64,000 bases of DNA from Clostridiales bacterium (GCA_031263785.1 JAISFC010000026.1:2922-66921); one strand, 5' to 3'; positions 47,347 to 57,204 are shown, numbered from the stretch's first letter. Program-made: numbers and translations. The notes: generated by a model from the letters alone, not told the origin.

Positions 47347-47582
47347 GACTCATCACCTCTGCTTTTCCCCACCCAATGGCTGAAATCCGCACTTGCTTCA
47401 ACTATTTGCCATGTGTGCATTCGCCTTTTTTGCAAATGGGCATAACTCACCCATTCTATTATAATAATAGCACTTTTTAAGCTTGCCGTCAATGGGGAAA
47501 CATTAATAGAGTGTTAAGTTTTTGTAAAGAAACCGCCGTGTAATGTTAGGAATACTCCCTAATTCGGATTACATACGCGCTG

Positions 47583-48140
47583 TCATCCCTGTGATTTACG
47601 CTGTTTTATCCATAATTTCCACAGCCCATATCCCGCTGCCACACCTAAAATATTGAGTATGTAGTCGTCAATATCCGCCGTTCGTCCTATGAAATACTGA
47701 ATGGTTTCGATGGTAATTATCATAATTGTGCCGATAGCGAGTGTTTTCCACAATGAGCGGAGGTTCCGCCACAGCAACGGCAGAAAAAGCCCAAACGGGA
47801 CGAATATCAGAATATTGGCGAGTATATTTATAACCGTCACCTCGTCGAACAGCCCAAAACCCATAATAAACTTCGATATGCTTTTAAACGGCACAAGGTT
47901 TGTGGGGAGTTTTTCGCCTATTTCATAAAAAAACATTTTGCCGCTCACAAAAATCCAACGGGGGATTATGGTCTGCGAGACGATAACCGTCATATATTCC
48001 ACGAATAATAAAAGCAAAATCTCGCGCCGCCAATCGATTTGTGCGTCTTTCTTTTTTACCCACAACCACCGCAGCACCGCGTATATTACAGTGACAAAAA
48101 CGCAATATTTGAGCGCGTCTGATATAAATCGCAGCGTCAT
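47583..48140 (-). CDS. VanZ-like family membrane protein
   Basis: 185 aa with 5 TM segments. C-terminal RTADIDDYILNILGVAAG is typical of VanZ-like proteins. Confidence 0.75.
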   Translation of the reverse strand: MTLRFISDALKYCVFVTVIYAVLRWLWVKKKDAQIDWRREILLLLFVEYMTVIVSQTIIPRWIFVSGKMFFYEIGEKLPTNLVPFKSISKFIMGFGLFDEVTVINILANILIFVPFGLFLPLLWRNLRSLWKTLAIGTIMIITIETIQYFIGRTADIDDYILNILGVAAGYGLWKLWIKQRKSQG

Positions 48141-48153
48141 TTACATCGACCCC

Positions 48154-48402
<249 letters not shown>

Positions 48403-48406
48403 GCAA

Positions 48407-48535
48407 TCACTCCTTATGTGCCGTAATTATCGTATAACTTCGGGCGTTTATCGTGATAACGCAATTATCGACATAAACGTACCAATTTTTGCCTTTGCGC
48501 TGCATTTTGTCGATATTTTCAAGCAATTCCTTCAC
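48407..48535 (-). CDS. possible 42-aa small protein
   Basis: GTG at 48533-48535 gives VKELLENIDKMQRKGKNWYVYVDNCVITINARSYTIITAHKE*. It ends 4 nt before the HhH gene ATG. No homology was assessed. Confidence 0.3.
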   Translation of the reverse strand: MKELLENIDKMQRKGKNWYVYVDNCVITINARSYTIITAHKE

Positions 48536-48744
48536 TTTTATGCTCCCTCAAACAATTTACTTCCATCTCGATAACTCGCGCAACCCACAATTACTAAAAT
48601 TCCTTCCATATAATAAGAATATAACACATTATCAAACAAATTGCAACCTTTTTCGCGGACAAAATTCGCAGTTGTACGTTTTTCGCAACAAAAAAGCCGT
48701 CAAATGACCTATCTTATTCATTATTCATTTGCTTGCCTGCAGAG

Positions 48745-48872
48745 TTTTCCGTCAAAAATGAAACTGCATCAAATTCCCAAATGCATTTATTGATTTTGGA
48801 GTGGTTTTTAACGCAAAAAAGGAGTTTTCACCAAACTCCCAAATACATTTATTTCTTTTTAGGTGGTTTTAA
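48745..48872. repeat. two tandem ~61-bp modules related to those at 6273-6490
   Basis: Contains GGTGGTTTTAAA (48861-48872) and GAGTGGTTTTTAA (48800-48812), each preceded by CCCAAATRCATTTAT and a hairpin (GGAGTTTTCACCAAACTCC). Confidence 0.7.
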
Positions 48873-49036
48873 ACCGCAAAAAGGTGGTAGTGAGTAAGTT
48901 TGCGTAAAGACGGCGCGTTTACAAGCCGTTAGCAAACGCGAACGTGCCTTTTTGCGGAGAAGGAGGAGCAAGGGAGCGGGCGGATGTTTTCTTTTGCGTA
49001 CAAAAGAAAACGGAGCAAAGCGGACTTTGCTCCTCC
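48873..49036. ncRNA. copy B of the unnamed structured element, directly abutting the 3' end of tRNA-Ser
   Basis: See findings. H1 48873-48883/48946-48956, H2 48897-48902/48931-48936, H3 48909-48913/48924-48928, H5 48985-48995/49000-49010, H4 48960-48970/49026-49036. Confidence 0.6.
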
Positions 49037-49130
49037 TTGGCGGAGAATGAGAGATTCGAACTCTCGCGCCGGGATTCCCCGACCTAACGGTTTAGCAAAC
49101 CGTCCTCTTCAACCAACTTGAGTAATTCTC
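49037..49130 (-). tRNA. tRNA-Ser (anticodon GCU), class II with long variable arm, CCA encoded
   Basis: Reverse complement is GGAGAATTACTCAAGTTGGTTGAAGAGGACGGTTTGCTAAACCGTTAGGTCGGGGAATCCCGGCGCGAGAGTTCGAATCTCTCATTCTCCGCCA. Acceptor GGAGAAT/ATTCTCC, anticodon loop TTGCTAA, T-arm GAGAG-TTCGAAT-CTCTC. Confidence 0.9.
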
Positions 49131-49172
49131 CACAAGTTTTTATGAACTTTTATCTATATTATTTATACATTA

Positions 49173-49201
49173 AGTATACCTTAAGTCCGAACCGGTGTCA
49201 A
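49173..49201 (-). promoter_or_regulatory. promoter of tRNA-Ser
   Basis: On the minus strand: TTGACA (49196-49201), 17 nt, TATACT (49173-49178). This is the same -35/-10 pair as the tRNA-Met promoter. Confidence 0.7.
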
Positions 49202-49309
49202 GATTTTTTACAACAAGCTTTTTTATATAATTTTGACAAGCGGAACTGTAATTGATCGGCTCTCATCTGACTTCCCGCGGCGGCAGCGGATTCCAACCCC
49301 TATCCGCCA

Positions 49310-50596
49310 TTAATCGTCCAACGCAAATTCCTTCAAACCCAGCGCATGTATATCCTTTTGCGCTATCGTCACTTCAAACACGGTGCCCTCGTCCGTGAAT
49401 TCCTTCTTTTCCACTTGAGCGGCGGCGTAAATTTTCGCCACCATATCGCTGTTTTCGTACGGAATCAGCAAATTAGCCTTCACGCGTTTGTCGGGCAGCC
49501 GCTGCAAAATCCGCGCCAGCAGTTCGTCGATTCCCGCCCCTGTTTTCGCCGAAATCGCGACAGCATCATCACGATTGAGCGCGCCACTCCCTCCGTCATC
49601 CTCCGCGCCACTCAACAAATCCGCCTTATTATACACCTTCAGCACGGGCTTCCGCTCGGTGTTCAGCTCGCCAATCAGCGCATCCACCACCTGCTCATGC
49701 CCCTCCCGCTCCGCCGAAAATGCGTCAATCACGTGCAAAATCACATCGCACAGCATGGACTCCTCCAGCGTGGAGCTAAACGCGCGTACAAGATGGTGCG
49801 GCAGCTTGCGAATAAACCCCACCGTATCTATAAAAATCACCTGCGCGCCGTCGGGCATGGTCAGCTTGCGCGCGATGGGGTCGAGGGTTGCAAAAAGCAT
49901 GTCTTTCGCCGTCGTATTCGCGTTTGTGAGGGCATTGAGCAGGGTCGACTTGCCCGCGTTGGTGTACCCCAAAAGCGCGACTTGCTGCGCCCCGTCCTTC
50001 GTGCGCGAACGCCGCATGGTGACGCGATTTTTCGCGACCTCGTCCAGCTGCTCCTCCAACGCGGAAATGCGCTTGCGGATGCGTCGACGGTCAGTTTCCA
50101 GCTTAGTCTCGCCCGGTCCACGCGCCCCGACACCCACGCCCGCCCGCGAAATCCCCTCGTCCAGCGCACTTCCTGCAAGCCTCGGCAGCATGTACCTCAA
50201 TTGCGCCAGCTCCACCTGCAGCTTCCCCTCGTTGCTCTCAGCGCGGCTCGCAAAAATATCCAAAATCAGGCAGCTTCGGTCGATAATCGGCACACCCAAG
50301 CTCCCGTTCAAATTGCGCGTCTGTATGCCCGTCAGCTCCTCATCAAAAATCGCGACATCAACGGCATTTTGTCTAATAAACTCCGCCACCTCGTCCAGCT
50401 TGCCCTCGCCGATGTACGTCGCCCCCTCTGGCGCGTGACGATTTTGCACAAACGTGCCGACAACCTCCAGCCCCGCCGTCTCCGCAAGGTCGCCCAGCTC
50501 GCTCATGGACTCCTCCGTCGTATCCCGCATGCGGTCGCGCAGCCCCAAATGCACCCCCACCAAAACCGCTTTATCCCGCTTGTCCTGCATATCCAT
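49310..50596 (-). CDS. hflX: GTPase HflX
   Basis: G1 GYTNAGKSTLLN, G3 DTVGFI, and an HflX N-terminal domain. ATG at 50594-50596. Confidence 0.9.
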   Translation of the reverse strand: MDMQDKRDKAVLVGVHLGLRDRMRDTTEESMSELGDLAETAGLEVVGTFVQNRHAPEGATYIGEGKLDEVAEFIRQNAVDVAIFDEELTGIQTRNLNGSLGVPIIDRSCLILDIFASRAESNEGKLQVELAQLRYMLPRLAGSALDEGISRAGVGVGARGPGETKLETDRRRIRKRISALEEQLDEVAKNRVTMRRSRTKDGAQQVALLGYTNAGKSTLLNALTNANTTAKDMLFATLDPIARKLTMPDGAQVIFIDTVGFIRKLPHHLVRAFSSTLEESMLCDVILHVIDAFSAEREGHEQVVDALIGELNTERKPVLKVYNKADLLSGAEDDGGSGALNRDDAVAISAKTGAGIDELLARILQRLPDKRVKANLLIPYENSDMVAKIYAAAQVEKKEFTDEGTVFEVTIAQKDIHALGLKEFALDD

Positions 50597-50643
50597 AAAA
50601 TTATCCTCTCCGCTCGTTATTCCCGCCAACTCCGCTACTTTCG

Positions 50644-51786
50644 TCAAGCGCCTTGGTGATTCCAATAATAAATAGTTCTTGACGGGAAATCTATGCTTTC
50701 ATTTTTTACCGAATTATTAAATAGATTCTCATTCGTTTTATATCTTTCAAACATCGCAATATTCTCGCCGAAAAACTTCAGCGGAATATCGCCCCTATTA
50801 TATTGAACATCCACAAAAATGCGGTCATCCTTCTCCGGCACGTGTGTGTATGCGAAGAAAACATCTCCTTCTTTTGTATAGGGGAAGCCCGTTATTAATA
50901 AACCACAATATAATTTATCATTATTGTCACCGATTAAGATACCGGTCGGCGTTAATAGAAACATTTTATCGTAATTGAAAGCTTTAATCCGCGGACTCTC
51001 GTTCAAAAAGCTTCGATATTCCAAATACTTAGACAGCTCCGCTTTATAATCGACATCATCGGCAAAAACATCTTTCAAGGTAATTTGCTCGCCTGTGCGC
51101 GCGTCAAAATTCATCCCGAAGCGGTATAACGCGTGATGAACCACCACCCCTTGAGCCATCCTCTCAACTCTTTTATCCGGGACCGAAAAATCTATAGAAT
51201 AGGCAATTATATTATTAAAAGCATATCTGCATACGCCAATAGTCATATCATTGCCACCGGGATTGTAGATGCTGCCATATTCACCGTTAGGCGCTATTCC
51301 GTACACAATTTCGTAATCATCGAGAATATCGTCAGTATCAATTAATTCTCCTACGCGGTCCTCTTTCAGTTTATATATTTCAACGCCGTACCTATCGGGA
51401 TTTTTAGCAATATCATTAACCTTATCTATAACTTTCCGCCCTATACCGCTTGCTATTGCGGAGTCTTTCAACGGCACGGGATTTTTATACAAATAAGTCT
51501 TAACCTTTCCGTACTTATTATCGACGCTGCCTTCCACGTGAGGAGCGTAGATGTCTATATCGTATAAATAGATGTGATCATTTACAAAATAATCAGAAAG
51601 CCCCTCCGCCTTTTGCAATATAAATTCTTTGGGTTGGACTATCGGCGATTTATACTTATATTCTATTTGTTGCGCGTTGTTTGCCGACGAATCGGGTGTC
51701 TCTACAGGTGCCGTATCATTAGTGCCACAGCCCGTCAGCGCAATAACAAACACGGCTGTTAAAGCCACTTTATTAAATTTTAACAT
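50644..51786 (-). CDS. lipoprotein, function unknown
   Basis: ATG at 51784-51786 with GAGGAGG upstream. Sequence MLKFNKVALTAVFVIALTGCG includes a lipobox. Confidence 0.7.
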   Translation of the reverse strand: MLKFNKVALTAVFVIALTGCGTNDTAPVETPDSSANNAQQIEYKYKSPIVQPKEFILQKAEGLSDYFVNDHIYLYDIDIYAPHVEGSVDNKYGKVKTYLYKNPVPLKDSAIASGIGRKVIDKVNDIAKNPDRYGVEIYKLKEDRVGELIDTDDILDDYEIVYGIAPNGEYGSIYNPGGNDMTIGVCRYAFNNIIAYSIDFSVPDKRVERMAQGVVVHHALYRFGMNFDARTGEQITLKDVFADDVDYKAELSKYLEYRSFLNESPRIKAFNYDKMFLLTPTGILIGDNNDKLYCGLLITGFPYTKEGDVFFAYTHVPEKDDRIFVDVQYNRGDIPLKFFGENIAMFERYKTNENLFNNSVKNESIDFPSRTIYYWNHQGA

Positions 51787-52711
51787 ATCCCGCCTCCTCG
51801 ACAACCGCCTTCCCCTCGTCGGACAAAACCAGTTGCATGAATCGGCGCGCGAATGAATTTTGCGGTTCATCCGCCCGAATCACAACGTAATATTGCGCAA
51901 CAAACGGATATGTGCCATTGGCAAAATTCGCGGGGTTAGGCTGGACGCCGTTTATCGCGAGCAACTTCGTATTTTCCTTGATATATTGCACATCGGTGAA
52001 GTAATAATAAGAATAGCCTATCGAATATTTAGAATTCTCATAATTAGCGATAACGTCCACCAATCCCTGCATCGACTCGGCAAGCTCCGTAACCATGTTG
52101 TCGATTTCCGTCTTACCCATGACTAAATCCAGCATTCCGTCCTGCGACCCGCTATTTTCGTTCCGCTGATACGCAATGATTTTGGCATCGTCGCCGCCGA
52201 CATTCTTCCAGTTCGTAATTTTTCCGCTATATATATCGACGATTTGCTGCTTGGTTAAGGATTTAACGGGGTTGTCTTTGTTGACAAGAAAAACGAGACC
52301 GTCACGCGCAATGGGTTGGCTTTCCACTTCGACATCGACGTGTTGGTATACCCCCGCGCTCGGACTCGTGGTAAAAATAATATCCTTTTTAGCTCCTCTT
52401 AAAGCGTCAAAAGCGAGATAGGTTCTGTCGTGTTTCAGATTTTCGTCAATTTCGTCCTGTGTCGCGCCGGTAGTTTTTAGCGCAAATAACTGCGTTAGGG
52501 GCAGCGTCACAGTTGAGCCGCTTACCCTCTGAAAATCGGCTATGTTAAACCTTGTCGCAAGCGCAATCGGAGTAGCGGCAGCAGACGATGTCACGTTCGG
52601 GCTTTCCGCAATTTGTTGAGTGCCGGACTTATTCCACTGAACAAAATAAACATAAGCCCCTATCGCCACAATCGCGACCGCAATAATCGTAATTACAATT
52701 GATTTTTTCAT
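51773..52711 (-). CDS. PstS-like (phosphate-binding-type) substrate-binding protein with N-terminal membrane anchor
   Basis: ATG at 52709-52711. The TM anchor is MKKSIVITIIAVAIVAIGAYVYF. The body resembles type 2 periplasmic binding proteins (ISGSTVTLPL-type SGSTV motif). No pstCAB genes are adjacent. Confidence 0.55.
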   Translation of the reverse strand: MKKSIVITIIAVAIVAIGAYVYFVQWNKSGTQQIAESPNVTSSAAATPIALATRFNIADFQRVSGSTVTLPLTQLFALKTTGATQDEIDENLKHDRTYLAFDALRGAKKDIIFTTSPSAGVYQHVDVEVESQPIARDGLVFLVNKDNPVKSLTKQQIVDIYSGKITNWKNVGGDDAKIIAYQRNENSGSQDGMLDLVMGKTEIDNMVTELAESMQGLVDVIANYENSKYSIGYSYYYFTDVQYIKENTKLLAINGVQPNPANFANGTYPFVAQYYVVIRADEPQNSFARRFMQLVLSDEGKAVVEEAGYVKI

Positions 52712-52753
52712 TGACCTCGCCCCCGTATAAAAGCCATCCAATATCCAAATTCC

Positions 52754-53335
52754 TCACGCCTGCCGCTTGCCCGCGCGCCCCGGCGAAACAAGGGGGATTT
52801 TCCCCTCTTTGCACAGCGGACACTCTGCCGCCTCGTAGGACTCCACTTTCGTGCTATACACCGCTTTAAACGGTACGCCGAAGTCAATTTCGCCCGCGGT
52901 GCGGTCCACAATCGCGCCCACTCCCACGACGTTTCCGCCCGCCGCGCGCACCACCTCCATCACCTCGCGCACACTGCCGCCCGTCGTGGTGACGTCCTCG
53001 ACTACCAGCACGTTTTCGCCGCCTTTGAGCGCGAATCTCTTCAGCCGCATCTCGCCGTCGACCCGCTCCGCAAAAAAGTCCCGCACGTCCAGCTGCCGCG
53101 CCATTTCATAGCTCATAATCACCGCGCCAACCGCCGGACCAACTACCACATCAATCGGCACATCCGCCCATTTCGCCGCCAGCTCCGCGCACAATACCTT
53201 CGCCACCAACGGCGTACAAAAAATATTGGCGCATTGCATGTATTTATCGCTGTGCCGCCCGCTCGTGAGCAAAAAATGCCCCTCCAGCAGCACGCCGTTC
53301 CGCTTGAGGATTCCCTCAATTTCCCTTTTATCCAC
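52754..53335 (-). CDS. pyrE: orotate phosphoribosyltransferase
   Basis: 193 aa with PRPP-binding motif VLVVEDVTTTGGS. Confidence 0.9.
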   Translation of the reverse strand: MDKREIEGILKRNGVLLEGHFLLTSGRHSDKYMQCANIFCTPLVAKVLCAELAAKWADVPIDVVVGPAVGAVIMSYEMARQLDVRDFFAERVDGEMRLKRFALKGGENVLVVEDVTTTGGSVREVMEVVRAAGGNVVGVGAIVDRTAGEIDFGVPFKAVYSTKVESYEAAECPLCKEGKIPLVSPGRAGKRQA

Positions 53336-53662
53336 GCTAACAACCCCTTCCCCCTAACTATATACAATTTTTACTCATTTGTCAAGAGGTACCCACGGAC
53401 GTCTCCGAACGCCAAAAAAGCGTCCTTTTATTACAGAAACATTGCGGGGGCATTGCAAATACATTGCGCATCCTTTAATTTTCTGTTACATTCCCCCTTT
53501 ATCGACATTTTGCTTGTATAATATGAAGTAGGGGAGTCTGCGGATTTGTTTCCTCGGGAATATTCTGCTCCAACGCATTACGGCTCTTGCGAAAAACGGT
53601 CGCCACCCCGGCGGATTCAATCTCCCCACGGCTCCTCAATAAAATTTTAAGGATGTGATTAG

Positions 53663-56443
53663 ATGTTAAAAAAAGTTGTAACCCTCTGCCTCCTATTCTC
53701 CCTCATGATTACAGGGGTACTATCGTTTTTCCCCTCATTAAGCAACTCGGTTCAGGCTCCGAATTTCGCGCAGGCGGCTTCCGCGGACTTCAACGGCAAA
53801 TTTTTCATCAACAAGGATTTTTCCGGTTATAAAGCATCGGACTATTCTTTGGTCAAAACAACGATATACAGCTCCGCGGACATGGAATCGGCGAACATTC
53901 CGCTTTCCACATGGGCAGCTCCCGCGGACCAGCTCAAATACTGCTCGCAAAACGGCTATGTGCCTTCCGGTACCACCGTTTACAACGTAACCATCCACTA
54001 CACTTATGCGGGTCAGAATCAATATGAGCGACTGGGGTACGGCGTGTCGGGCGCATACAAGCAGGTTTGGTCTACGTCCGCCACCACCTTCAACAGCTCG
54101 ACTCTCGCGTATAATGAGCCCGTATCCGCCTCGCTTCCCGCTTCCGACGTCGGCTCAAAGGGCACCGGCACAGTTTCATCGCCCTACTTCCCCGGGATTC
54201 AGGCAGCCGCGCCCACTCCAACGCCCACCTCCGCGTCGCAAAGTTCCATGCCCGGCACCGGCAAATTCTTCTTCCGCACCACCGGCGCAGCTGAACACTT
54301 CCAATCATTATACGTCGGCTCGCAATTGGCGGGTACAATCGCCGCGTACGACTGGCAGACAGGGGCATCGCTGGGGTATTCCACACCAATGTACTACCTG
54401 TACGTGCAGACGAATACGGGGCAGAACGACTCATCGCTGAGCTATGTCGTCGACGGAAGTACAGGGCATTTCGTCAACATTTTCACCACGTCCGCTACCT
54501 CCACCTCGCAGTCCTATTGGGTGACGTCCGTCAACTCGACAAACGGGCTGTACCTCTCCCACTTATCCTCGAACGGCTATTCGACATACCTCGGCAACGG
54601 CTCGCTTTCCAACCCGTATTCCTTGGGACAAAGCGCACCTGCAGTGACTGCCGCGCCCAATCCCAGCCCCACCGTCGGGACGCCGTCAAACATAACATAC
54701 TCCTCGCTGACCTATGCCGGCTATTTATACGCACCATCCACTCCGACGGGCGCAACCTTAACGCGCTGGGAATACAAAACCACGTCAAACGGAACGTGGT
54801 CCGATACCGGTTCCAACAACTCATATTACGCGCCTTCCGTCACGGAGTTTGGCTACTTCTTCCGAATCCGCTATGACGCCCTTTCAGGCTATCAAGGCGG
54901 ACCCGTGTATACAGCGCAAGTTGGTCCGATAACAGTTCCTCCGACACCCTCACCGACACCTTCACCCTCACCGACGCCTTCACCGACTCCATCACCCACA
55001 CCGTCACCCACTCCGTCGCCCACTCCGTCTCCGACACCTTCACCCACTCCGTCTCCGACGCCTTCACCCACTCCTTCGCCCACGCCTTCACCAACTCCAT
55101 CACCGACGCCATCTCCCACACCGTCACCTACACCCTCACCAACTCCTTCACCTACACCATCTCCCACTCCATCTCCGACTCCGTCGCCCTCTCCCATCCC
55201 AAAATACAACGTATCATTCAACACAAACGGCGGCGCACCCACCCCCCCAACTCAGCTCATATCGCTGAACGGACTCGTACAAAAGCCGACAAGTCCGCTC
55301 AAGGCGGGGCTAACCTTCGCGGGCTGGTTCACCAACAACTCATTCGTAACGCTGTGGAATTTCACCTCCAACGTCGTGACCGGGGCGATGACCCTGTACG
55401 CGCGGTGGATTTCGGAAATTTCCGTGGACGTGATTCCCGACCAAATATTCACGGGCGGTCCGCGGGAACCCGCAATAATCGTTCGCAGCGGCTCGGACGT
55501 CCTGAAGAAAAACGTGGATTACACGGTGGATTACGGCAATAATTCCAACATCGGCAAGGCGACGGCGGAGATACGCTTTATCGGGAATTATTTGGGGACG
55601 GAGCCTATTGCGGTGCAGTTTAACATCATTGTAAGCTCGCCGACTCCCACACCCACCTCGAACGTTTCGCCCACGCCCACCTCGAGCGTTTCACCCACGC
55701 CCACCTCAAGCGCACAGCCTACACCTACGGGAAGCCCGTCTCAACCGTCGGCTCCGTTATTGTCCCCCTCGCCAACCGGCAACTCCACTCCGACGCCCAC
55801 GAACAACGGCGGCGGCAACGGCGGCAGCAGCGGCAAAGCGACCCCATCACCGTCTCCGACAGCGGCAAATCCGAGCCCGACCTCCAACAAGCCCTCCATA
55901 CTTTTCGACGATGTGTACGGGCATTGGGCGGAGGACGAAATTTACGACATGGTGGAGCGGGGCATCGCGGAAGGCATGGGCGACGGCACATTCGCCCCGA
56001 ACAGGGCAATAACGCGGGCAGAAATGGTGAAAATGCTCGCGATTATGAGCGGCGACCCACTCGGCGGACGCGAGCCGTTTTTGGACGTGTCGATTGGCGA
56101 CTGGCACGCGCCATATATCGCTTGGGGCTGGAATAAAGGGGTCGTTAAGGGCTATGACGCCATAACCTTCTCGCCGAACCAAACGATTACACGGCAGGAA
56201 ATGATAACGATGACCGCGCGATATTTGCAGTATAAGGGCATAATCCTGCCCGAAGCAGATGTAAATTTCGAGTTCGCGGACAAAGCTAACATCAGCGATT
56301 GGGCAGCGGACGCCGTGGAGGTTGCGAGGAAAACCGGGCTTGCGGAAGGCTTTTACGAGACATTCGGACGCCGATTCTTCTACCCGAACGAATACGCAAC
56401 CCGCGCAGAAGCTGTGGTAATCCTACTTCGCATATTAAGCTAA
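53663..56443 (+). CDS. S-layer-homology (SLH) anchored cell-surface protein with PT-rich linkers and a Listeria-Bacteroides (Flg_new) repeat
   Basis: Signal peptide present. About 20 PTPS repeats are encoded at ~54937-55200. [10 protein letters not shown]...FAGWF...LYARW is a Flg_new-type repeat. There are three C-terminal SLH repeats ([41 protein letters not shown]...). Confidence 0.85.
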   Translation: MLKKVVTLCLLFSLMITGVLSFFPSLSNSVQAPNFAQAASADFNGKFFINKDFSGYKASDYSLVKTTIYSSADMESANIPLSTWAAPADQLKYCSQNGYVPSGTTVYNVTIHYTYAGQNQYERLGYGVSGAYKQVWSTSATTFNSSTLAYNEPVSASLPASDVGSKGTGTVSSPYFPGIQAAAPTPTPTSASQSSMPGTGKFFFRTTGAAEHFQSLYVGSQLAGTIAAYDWQTGASLGYSTPMYYLYVQTNTGQNDSSLSYVVDGSTGHFVNIFTTSATSTSQSYWVTSVNSTNGLYLSHLSSNGYSTYLGNGSLSNPYSLGQSAPAVTAAPNPSPTVGTPSNITYSSLTYAGYLYAPSTPTGATLTRWEYKTTSNGTWSDTGSNNSYYAPSVTEFGYFFRIRYDALSGYQGGPVYTAQVGPITVPPTPSPTPSPSPTPSPTPSPTPSPTPSPTPSPTPSPTPSPTPSPTPSPTPSPTPSPTPSPTPSPTPSPTPSPTPSPTPSPTPSPSPIPKYNVSFNTNGGAPTPPTQLISLNGLVQKPTSPLKAGLTFAGWFTNNSFVTLWNFTSNVVTGAMTLYARWISEISVDVIPDQIFTGGPREPAIIVRSGSDVLKKNVDYTVDYGNNSNIGKATAEIRFIGNYLGTEPIAVQFNIIVSSPTPTPTSNVSPTPTSSVSPTPTSSAQPTPTGSPSQPSAPLLSPSPTGNSTPTPTNNGGGNGGSSGKATPSPSPTAANPSPTSNKPSILFDDVYGHWAEDEIYDMVERGIAEGMGDGTFAPNRAITRAEMVKMLAIMSGDPLGGREPFLDVSIGDWHAPYIAWGWNKGVVKGYDAITFSPNQTITRQEMITMTARYLQYKGIILPEADVNFEFADKANISDWAADAVEVARKTGLAEGFYETFGRRFFYPNEYATRAEAVVILLRILS

Positions 56444-56700
56444 TCTCTCAAAAAATCCGCAAATGCGGCAGTGCAATACCTCGACCAAACGAATACCAAC
56501 CCACGTGGAAGCTGTGGTAATCCTACTTCGATATTACATTAATCTCTCAAAAAATCCACAAAAATTCGCAAATGCTGCAGCGCAACGCTCCGACCGACCG
56601 AATACCAACCCACGTGGAAGCTGTGGTAATCCTACTTCGCATATGACATTAATCTCTTTAAAAATCCGCAAATGCGGCGGCTCAATGCTCCGAGGCTTGT
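56386..56700. repeat. three tandem 101-109-bp copies of the SLH gene's 3' end plus a small palindrome
   Basis: AATAC anchor at 56391, 56492 and 56601. Each copy contains GAAGCTGTGGTAATCCTACTTCG and a palindrome: CCGCAAATGCGG in copies 1 and 3 (first at 56457-56468), the variant TCGCAAATGCTG in copy 2. Confidence 0.85.
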
Positions 56701-56876
56701 TGCAAAGCGGGATTTCAGCTGAATTTTCACGCTGAACCCGCGATGCCTCGGCTGCGTTGCGTCCCCGCATTTTCTTTTTTAAGACCTAACAACGCCGCCG
56801 CTTGAGATTTTCCGGTTGCTAATCCCGCTCATCTATTAAACTGCCTGAACTTATGTAGAACCAAAGAAGTATGAAC

Positions 56877-57053
56877 CTAAATCACTTTAATAATTTTTAT
56901 TTCATCACAATATATTTCCATATTTCCCAAATAAAAACTTTCTCTGCCGTCATTTTCGTCAGCAGGGTTATATTGGTCAATAAAACCGCTTATGGTTTCA
57001 CCATTTTTAAACGTTACAGTTACATTTTTTTCTTCATATTGTAACCAATCCAT
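56877..57053 (-). CDS. possible 58-aa protein
   Basis: AAGGAGG lies 7 nt upstream of the ATG (57051-57053). Sequence MDWLQYEEKNVTVTFKNGETISGFIDQYNPADENDGRESFYLGNMEIYCDEIKIIKVI*. Below the ORF-track length cutoff. Confidence 0.45.
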   Translation of the reverse strand: MDWLQYEEKNVTVTFKNGETISGFIDQYNPADENDGRESFYLGNMEIYCDEIKIIKVI

Positions 57054-57175
57054 ATTTTTTCCTCCTTATGCGGGTTTTTTCGTGATTTTCGCCTCAATTT
57101 TCGGCTCCGACGCAAAATCAAGCCCTTCCCATCCGTACTTTTCGTTGCGCATAATGCTTTTTTTCTGTTTATGTC

Positions 57176-57204
57176 TTGACATTTGCCCCAAATAATGTTA
57201 TAAT
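57176..57204 (+). promoter_or_regulatory. perfect consensus sigma-A promoter reading into element copy C
   Basis: TTGACA (57176-57181), 17 nt, TATAAT (57199-57204). Confidence 0.75.

Noticed and set aside
48873-48900. T-box riboswitch, because of AAAAAGGTGGTAG resembling the T-box GGGUGGUACCGCG
   Set aside because: There is no Stem I, specifier loop, AG bulge or terminator/antiterminator pair. The box sits at the start rather than the end of the element. The would-be UGGN does not covary with the discriminator bases of the adjacent tRNAs (A for Met, G for Ser). None of the three copies lies upstream of an aminoacyl-tRNA synthetase or amino-acid gene.
48981-49130. Conserved leader peptide starting at the invariant GGATG (MFS...) preceded by SD-like AAGGRAG
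   Set aside because: The ATG and SD spacing are conserved in all three copies. Downstream, however, the reading frames differ in length and sequence (11 aa, ~36 aa, ~50 aa running into antisense tRNA). The conservation is better explained by the H5 hairpin.
54892-55242. Minus-strand ORF of GVGD/GVGE repeats
   Set aside because: It is the antisense shadow of the (PTPS)n linker of the SLH protein.
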